Positions 58,334 through 64,000 of a stretch of 64,000 bases of DNA are shown piece after piece. The translations under genes and the position numbers were made by a program. How positions within the stretch are numbered: the first letter of the stretch is position 1; each line of letters starts with the position of its first letter. This DNA is from an uncultured Verrucomicrobiae bacterium (GTDB lineage: Bacteria > Verrucomicrobiota > Verrucomicrobiia > Limisphaerales > JAFGQR01), in contig CAWBHS010000003.1 of the NCBI GenBank assembly GCA_963788655.1, forward strand, positions 1 to 64,000. The letters are read 5' to 3'. Under the pieces are notes generated by a model. The model was not told the DNA's origin, ran no database searches, and saw only the letters and a program-made list of their open reading frames with translations.

Positions 58334-58956
58334 GGCAACGTGCTGCCAGCGTCTCGCCGGCAGAAACGAATGCAGACGGGCGACCGAATGATGCCGCCGG
58401 CCAGAGAAAATGACCAACGCTCAAGGCCCAAGCTGCTTTCGCGTGTGTCATCTGTCCCATTGGACATTGGGCTTTGGTCATTCTCCGGTCATTGGGTCAT
58501 AGATGCTTGGTCATTACTCCCTGTCGGCAGGAACGAATGCAATAAGCGCGCTCGAATGATCGCCAACGTTCGTAGCGCCCGCTTCCGTTCGATCTGCCGG
58601 CAACGTGCTGTTGGCGTCCCGCTGGCAGAAACGAACGTCAACCGCGGGTCCGAAGGTCCGGTTCAATTCAGAGCGCATTCTTGTATCCGTCTGCCGGCAA
58701 GATGCCGGCAGCACGCTGGCAACGTGCTGTTGGCATCTCGCCGGCAGAAACGAACGTGAACCGCGGGTCCGAAGGTCCGGTTCAATTCGGAGCGCATTCT
58801 TGTATCCGTCTGCCGGCAAGATGCCGGCAGCACGCTGGCAACGTGCTGTTGGCGTCCCGCCGGCAGAAACGAACGTGAACCGCGGGTCCGAAGGTCCGGT
58901 TCAATTCGGAGCGCATTCCTGTATCCGTCTGCCGGCAAGATGCCGGCAGCACGCTG
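58334..58956. repeat. Intergenic repeat field: heptamer element (~58409-58515) and three tandem 119-bp REP-doublet units (58599-58956)
   Basis: CAACGTGCTG recurs at 58601, 58720 and 58839; each unit ends CTGCCGGCAAGATGCCGGCAGCACG; related copies at ~58337 and ~28223. Confidence 0.92.
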
Positions 58957-58961
58957 CGCCG

Positions 58962-60419
58962 TTACAGGAAGGGGGTAAACAGGCGTGCGATACCGTCCCG
59001 AAGCCGGATGGCGAATGGGCGCGCGTCCACTTCTTTCAAGGTCACGAGGCGAGCATGTTGCCGTTTATGTTTCACGATTTGCGCCAGGGTGTGCGCCAAA
59101 TCTTCATCGTAGCATTCGACATTGAACTCGAAGTTCAATCGCAGGCTCCGCGGATCCTGGTTGGCGGACCCAATGAATGACCAACAGTCATCAACCAGGA
59201 TGACCTTGGAATGATCGAACGGCGGCGGCGTGAGCCAAATGCGGCAACCCCATTCCAGTAACTGCCACCAGTGCGCCGCCGAGGCCCAGTGCATGAATGG
59301 CAGATTATTCTGGCTGGGCAGATAAATATCGACCCGCACCCCGCGCAGCGCAGCGGCATTGAGAGCCGAGATCATCGCCTGATTCGGCAGAAAGTATGGC
59401 GTGAGGATTTGGACTTGGAAATGGGCGCAACTCAACGCGCTGAGAATCGTCCAGGGTAGCTTTTCAAAATCTTCGTCGGGCCCGTCCGTAATGCCTCGCG
59501 CAATGACCGAACCAGCCGGTTCCAGCGGCGGAAACCAACGCGCGTCTCGCAGCGCCTCGCCGGTGCAATAGAGCCAGTCATCGACGAAGGCTTCCTGCAA
59601 CTGTGCCACGACCGGGCCTTGCAGGCGAAAGTGGAGATCCTGAACCGGCTTCCTGGGTTGGGCTTGCAGGCAATTGCCGTGACGAATGTTGATGCCACCG
59701 GTAAAACCGATCCGCCCGTCCACCACGAGTATTTTGCGATGGCTGCGCATGTTCAAGGCGGCCAGTCGCAGCAGAATGAAGCGCGGCATGAACCGGACGA
59801 CCCGCACGCCCCGCCGACGGAGAACGCGAAGAATCGACGGCCAGGAATAGCGCGCGCCCGCGTCGTCGATCAAAACCCGCACCTCCACCCCGCGACGGAC
59901 CGCCCGTTCGAGCGCATCCGCGAATTTCCGTCCCGCCGGATCATTGTCGAAAATATAGGTCGCCAAGGAAATGGAATGCGTGGCCCCGTCAATGGCTGCC
60001 AGCATGGCCGGATAGGTTTCATCACCGTTGAGGAGGGGTTCCACCCGGTTGCCGGGGAGCAAACGACGTTTGGCCACACGGCCAACGGCGCGGGCCAATC
60101 GTTCGAGATGAATCGCGTGGTTGGGAAGATGTTCCCGCAGGTCGTCGGCGTGGAACGGAGCCACCCAGGGACGGCTGTCGTACCGCTGGAGATCGCTGCG
60201 CAAGGATCGAGCGCGCCGTTTGATACGATTGACGCCCAGCAACAGATAGAGCGCCGGCCCGAACAGCGGCGAGAGCCAGATGCAACCGACCCAAAGCACC
60301 GTGGCGCGGCTGTCCCGCTTGTGCATCACCGCGTGCAGCGAGGCGGCCACGGACAGCAGTATGCTGCCGGTGGCTACCAGCAGATGCCATTCGCTCTCGA
60401 CTCGATCAAACCAGTCCAT
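58962..60419 (-). CDS. cls: Cardiolipin synthase (phospholipase D family)
   Basis: Two N-terminal TMs, two HKD motifs HRKILVVD and HSKVILVD, GSANQDPRSLRLNFE. Confidence 0.9.
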   Translation of the reverse strand: MDWFDRVESEWHLLVATGSILLSVAASLHAVMHKRDSRATVLWVGCIWLSPLFGPALYLLLGVNRIKRRARSLRSDLQRYDSRPWVAPFHADDLREHLPNHAIHLERLARAVGRVAKRRLLPGNRVEPLLNGDETYPAMLAAIDGATHSISLATYIFDNDPAGRKFADALERAVRRGVEVRVLIDDAGARYSWPSILRVLRRRGVRVVRFMPRFILLRLAALNMRSHRKILVVDGRIGFTGGINIRHGNCLQAQPRKPVQDLHFRLQGPVVAQLQEAFVDDWLYCTGEALRDARWFPPLEPAGSVIARGITDGPDEDFEKLPWTILSALSCAHFQVQILTPYFLPNQAMISALNAAALRGVRVDIYLPSQNNLPFMHWASAAHWWQLLEWGCRIWLTPPPFDHSKVILVDDCWSFIGSANQDPRSLRLNFEFNVECYDEDLAHTLAQIVKHKRQHARLVTLKEVDARPFAIRLRDGIARLFTPFL

Positions 60420-60527
60420 GACGCCATTATGGTTCGCAGTTGAATAACGGATTGTTCGGGTTCCGGGAAGTCCGAAGTCTGTCATGCTGGTTCGAAGTTA
60501 CTTGCCTGCATCCCCGCAGGTTTTAGA

Positions 60528-61655
60528 ATGCCCGTCATGAACCGTTGCCTGTTTGCCCTATGTGTCGGCTTGATGAGTTCCGCCCAACTTCTGTCGGCCG
60601 CTGCAAATCCACCCACCCTTCCGCTGGCTGCACCGGCGCCGGATTTCAATCTGCCGGGAGTTGACGGCCGTAACTACGCCCTGAAGGACTTTGCCGACGC
60701 CAAAGTGCTGGTGATCGTTTTCACCTGCAACCATTGCCCCACGGCGCAGTATTACCAGGAGCGCCTCAAGCAACTGGTGACGGACTACCGCGACAAAGGT
60801 GTTTCGCTCGTCGCCATTTCCCCCAACGACCCCAAGTCCGTCCGGCTTGATGAACTCGGCTGGACCGACCTGAGCGATTCCTTTGCCGAAATGAAGTTAC
60901 GGGCCAAGGAACGGCAGTTCAATTTTCCCTATTTGTATGACGGTGACACGGAGGCAGTGGCCCGGCAATACGGACCGGTGGCCACCCCGCACGCATTCGT
61001 CTTCGATGGGCAGCGCCGCTTGCGTTACGTGGGAGCCATAGACGACTCGGAACGGCCACAACACGTCAAGGTGCGTTACGTGCGGGACGCCATTGATGCC
61101 GTGCTCGCCGGCAAGAAACCGCCCGTAACCCAAACCAAAGTCATCGGGTGCTCGGTCAAATGGGCCGGGAAAGCCGAGAATGTCCGACAATTCATGGCCA
61201 AGTTGGCCGCCGAACCGGTTACGGTTCAGCCTGCTGACGCTCAGGTGCTCCGGGCGATGCGCCAAGGCAATCCCGACAAATTTCGGCTGGTGACCTTTTG
61301 GGCCACCTGGTGCGCGCCGTGCGTGGCGGAGTTCGACGAATTCGTCACCATCAATCGCATGTACCGGCACCGTGATTTTGAACTGGTCACCGTGGCGCTA
61401 AACCGTCCGGATGAGGAGCAACAAGTTCTTGGGTTTCTCAAGAAACAACAGGCCTCGAACCAAAATTACATTTTCGCCTCGGCTGAGCGTACTCCCTTGA
61501 TCAATGCGTTCGAACCAAACTGGCAGGGCGAAGTGCCGTACACCGTATTGCTCTCCCCCGACGGCAAGGTCATTTATCGCGAAGCCGGCAGCATCGATTC
61601 GCTCGCGCTCCGGCGGGCCATCGTCCATGCCTTGAATGCCCGGAAGCCTTGGTGA
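60528..61655 (+). CDS. Exported redoxin with two thioredoxin-fold domains
   Basis: Signal peptide, APDFNLPGVDG, FTCNHCP and FWATWCAPC. Confidence 0.88.
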   Translation: MPVMNRCLFALCVGLMSSAQLLSAAANPPTLPLAAPAPDFNLPGVDGRNYALKDFADAKVLVIVFTCNHCPTAQYYQERLKQLVTDYRDKGVSLVAISPNDPKSVRLDELGWTDLSDSFAEMKLRAKERQFNFPYLYDGDTEAVARQYGPVATPHAFVFDGQRRLRYVGAIDDSERPQHVKVRYVRDAIDAVLAGKKPPVTQTKVIGCSVKWAGKAENVRQFMAKLAAEPVTVQPADAQVLRAMRQGNPDKFRLVTFWATWCAPCVAEFDEFVTINRMYRHRDFELVTVALNRPDEEQQVLGFLKKQQASNQNYIFASAERTPLINAFEPNWQGEVPYTVLLSPDGKVIYREAGSIDSLALRRAIVHALNARKPW

Positions 61656-62270
61656 GGCTAAAGCAGTTCATTAGACATTCTTTATAACCTCTTCCGCCAC
61701 GCTGGTTTTAAGCCGACCGGAAGTGAGTGAGTTTGACGCGAAAAGCGTCAACCCCACACACAATCAAATCAGATTTACGCATAAATTATGCGTGTTATAG
61801 GTTTGAACGCTTATACAACACACCAACCCGGAAGCCGTGCAACTGATGGTTGATCAATAGGTTACGGGTCAAACATCTCAAGATTTGAGGTTCGCCACTG
61901 AGACTTCCACTCCCTCGGTATCTCGACTGCTGTTCGGACATCATGACCAACCATCGGTAAGGCTCAGTATTATTACGGCGCTTAAATTATTTGTCACTCC
62001 AGTTCGGGCTTCGATAAGTTGAGTCAACATTGCCACCTTTGCGCATAACATTTAGATAACGTGTTCTTATCATTATTATACCTGCGACTTTTTCAAAGCA
62101 CTAAAGTCCGCTGCTTGGAAACCAGCGCCCGGATTTGCGAACGGCCGTTGGACGACCGACGTTCACTGCTTACCACCCGCGGTTCTAGTCACTCTGGCGG
62201 CCTGCCGATAGGCCGTGAGTCGCTCCCCCTCCTCCCAAACACCAAATAAATCGTCTGACCAATCTTAGGC

Positions 62271-64000
62271 ATGGATCGCCAAACAACCCACCACCACCCG
62301 GACTCAAAAACCAACCCCAATTCCCTCCAATGGACTGCCCTGATACACGCCAGATTTCGGCTTGGCCGGCATGCTGGAAGTTTGTTGTTGTGGCTGCTCC
62401 TCGCCGTTGTTCCCACCGCTTTCGCTGATCAGAGCGTGACGCTGGCCTGGGATCCCAATCCCGAGCCGGATGTGTCCGGTTACCTTGTCTATTTTGGCAA
62501 CGCCAGCCGCGATTATCCCTGGCACACAAACGTGGGCAACGTTACCACGGCCACGGTTTACGGATTACAGGAGGGCCTCACTTATTATTTTGCGATCACC
62601 GCAACCAATACGGCGGGCTTGGAGAGCGACTATTCGAACGAAGTCACCAACTCGATTCCCAGCGACCTCACCAACAGCGTCCCGCAGATTTCGCCGCTGA
62701 CGGATCAAGTGATCGCGGAGAATGGCGCCACGCCGGCCATCGCTTTCCAAGTCAGCGATGCGGAAACTCCTGCCGCCAACCTGGTGGTATCCGCCTCCTC
62801 CACGAACACGGTATTGGTCCCGGTCTCTCAAATTGACTTGGGCGGGAATGGGGCCACCCGCCGTGTCACCGTGCGCCCGGCGAACGATCAATTGGGAACA
62901 ACGTTGATCACGTTAACGGTGAGTGACGGCAGCAAGGCCAGCAGCACCTCGTTCCTGGTGCAGGTGACCCCGGTGGACGGACCGCCAACGCTGGACCCTC
63001 TTGGGGATTTGGTGCTCAGCGAAGACGCGGGCATGCAGGAGGTTGTTTTGCACGGCATCTCCGGCAGCCCGGCCAAAAAGGCGGTGACCGTGACCGCTCA
63101 GTCGAGTGCCCCTGCCCTTATTCCCAATCCCACGGTCAGCGACACAAATCAGAACGGCTCACGGACCCTGCAATTCACGCCGCAGCCCAATGCCAGCGGT
63201 TCGGCAATCATCACCGTCACGGTCAGCGACAAAGACGTCCCGGCCAGAGTGGCAACCCAATTCTTTGCCGTTAAGGTCATCCCGGTCAACGATCCGCCCA
63301 CCCTCGACGCATTGAGCAACGTGACGCTCGACGAGAACGCGCCCATGCAGACGATCTCCTTGACGGGGATCACCAGCGGAGCCCCGGGCGAGACGCAAAC
63401 GTTGAGCGTCACTGCGACTTCCGACAACACCGGCTTGATTGTCAATCCAGCGGTCACCTATACCAGTCCCAACAAGGTCGGCATCTTGAGCTTTACCCCC
63501 AACCAGAACGCCTCGGGAAAGGCGTTCATCACTGTCGTGGTGAATGACCATGGCGGCCTCAACAACATCGTCACGCGCACCTTTCAAGTAACCGTCAATG
63601 CAGCCGATGAACCTCCCACACTGGATCCGCTCAACGATCTGGTGATCAATGAGGACGCACCCCAACAAACCGTTCCGCTGACCGGTATTGGCGCGGGCAA
63701 CGTCAGCGATCAACCGGCGCTGTCCGTTACCGCCACATCCAGCGATCCAACCCTCATTCCCAGCCCGACGATCAATTACGTCACTCCGGCCAACGCCGGC
63801 ACCTTAACATTCTCCCCCTTACCCAATGCCAACGGCAGTGCAACGATCATTGTAAAGGTCACCGGTGGTGCCAACGACACGGTCACGCAGACCTTCGTAG
63901 TGACGGTCAATCCGGTGAACGATCCGCCGACGTTAAATTCCATAAGCAATCTGATCCTTGAAACGGACGCGGGACCGCAGAGCATAACATTGACTGGCAT
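62271..64000 (+). CDS. Secreted surface protein: FN3 domain plus cadherin-like repeats; runs off the window edge
   Basis: Manual translation from ATG 62271: signal LLLWLLLAVVPTAFA, SVTLAWDPN...GLTYYFAITA.N.AGLESDYSNEV, then repeated VNDPPTLD.L....EDA..Q...LTGI units. Confidence 0.88.
   Translation, partial: MDRQTTHHHPDSKTNPNSLQWTALIHARFRLGRHAGSLLLWLLLAVVPTAFADQSVTLAWDPNPEPDVSGYLVYFGNASRDYPWHTNVGNVTTATVYGLQEGLTYYFAITATNTAGLESDYSNEVTNSIPSDLTNSVPQISPLTDQVIAENGATPAIAFQVSDAETPAANLVVSASSTNTVLVPVSQIDLGGNGATRRVTVRPANDQLGTTLITLTVSDGSKASSTSFLVQVTPVDGPPTLDPLGDLVLSEDAGMQEVVLHGISGSPAKKAVTVTAQSSAPALIPNPTVSDTNQNGSRTLQFTPQPNASGSAIITVTVSDKDVPARVATQFFAVKVIPVNDPPTLDALSNVTLDENAPMQTISLTGITSGAPGETQTLSVTATSDNTGLIVNPAVTYTSPNKVGILSFTPNQNASGKAFITVVVNDHGGLNNIVTRTFQVTVNAADEPPTLDPLNDLVINEDAPQQTVPLTGIGAGNVSDQPALSVTATSSDPTLIPSPTINYVTPANAGTLTFSPLPNANGSATIIVKVTGGANDTVTQTFVVTVNPVNDPPTLNSISNLILETDAGPQSITLTG

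Noticed and set aside
58599..58956. Possible CRISPR array
   Set aside because: The sequence between palindromes is near-identical in each unit (no unique spacers), the period is 119 bp, and there are no cas genes.
62040..62270. c-di-GMP or other riboswitch upstream of the surface protein
   Set aside because: Could not find the conserved GEMM features by eye; needs a covariance-model search.

Overview
GC-rich bacterial chromosome segment. Gene content (Verru_Chthon-like prepilin cassette, AddAB, CHASE2-Ser/Thr kinase next to an ECF sigma, TN-rich secreted proteins) suggests Verrucomicrobiota (inference). The assembly looks like imperfectly polished long reads: many single-base frameshifts, mostly +1, including about a dozen in alaS. 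Left half: 5' end of a split carB, tRNA-Ala(CGC), an atypical BrnT/BrnA-like pair, six N-methylation-motif pilin/pseudopilin genes, and a ~17.5 kb gene for a ~5,850-aa subtilase carrying ~30 PPC-like repeats. Right half: mostly housekeeping and envelope genes (addB, addA, ROK kinase, TIM-barrel isomerase, LysM amidase, ECF sigma, CHASE2 kinase, alaS, GNAT, DMT, MacAB-like ABC system, ExbBD/TonB-like cluster, guaB, hydrolase, cardiolipin synthase, redoxin, FN3/cadherin-like surface protein). The window is unusually rich in REP-like palindromes, heptamer repeats and a MITE. The most striking pattern is that several repeat blocks inside co-directional operons lie in open, often translationally coupled frames: 107-221 aa prepilin leaders, 'bridge' ORFs between genes, and an in-frame nested insertion in AddA. 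The second candidate system is the pilin cassette coupled to the giant protease. No CRISPR array, integrase or transposase gene was seen.
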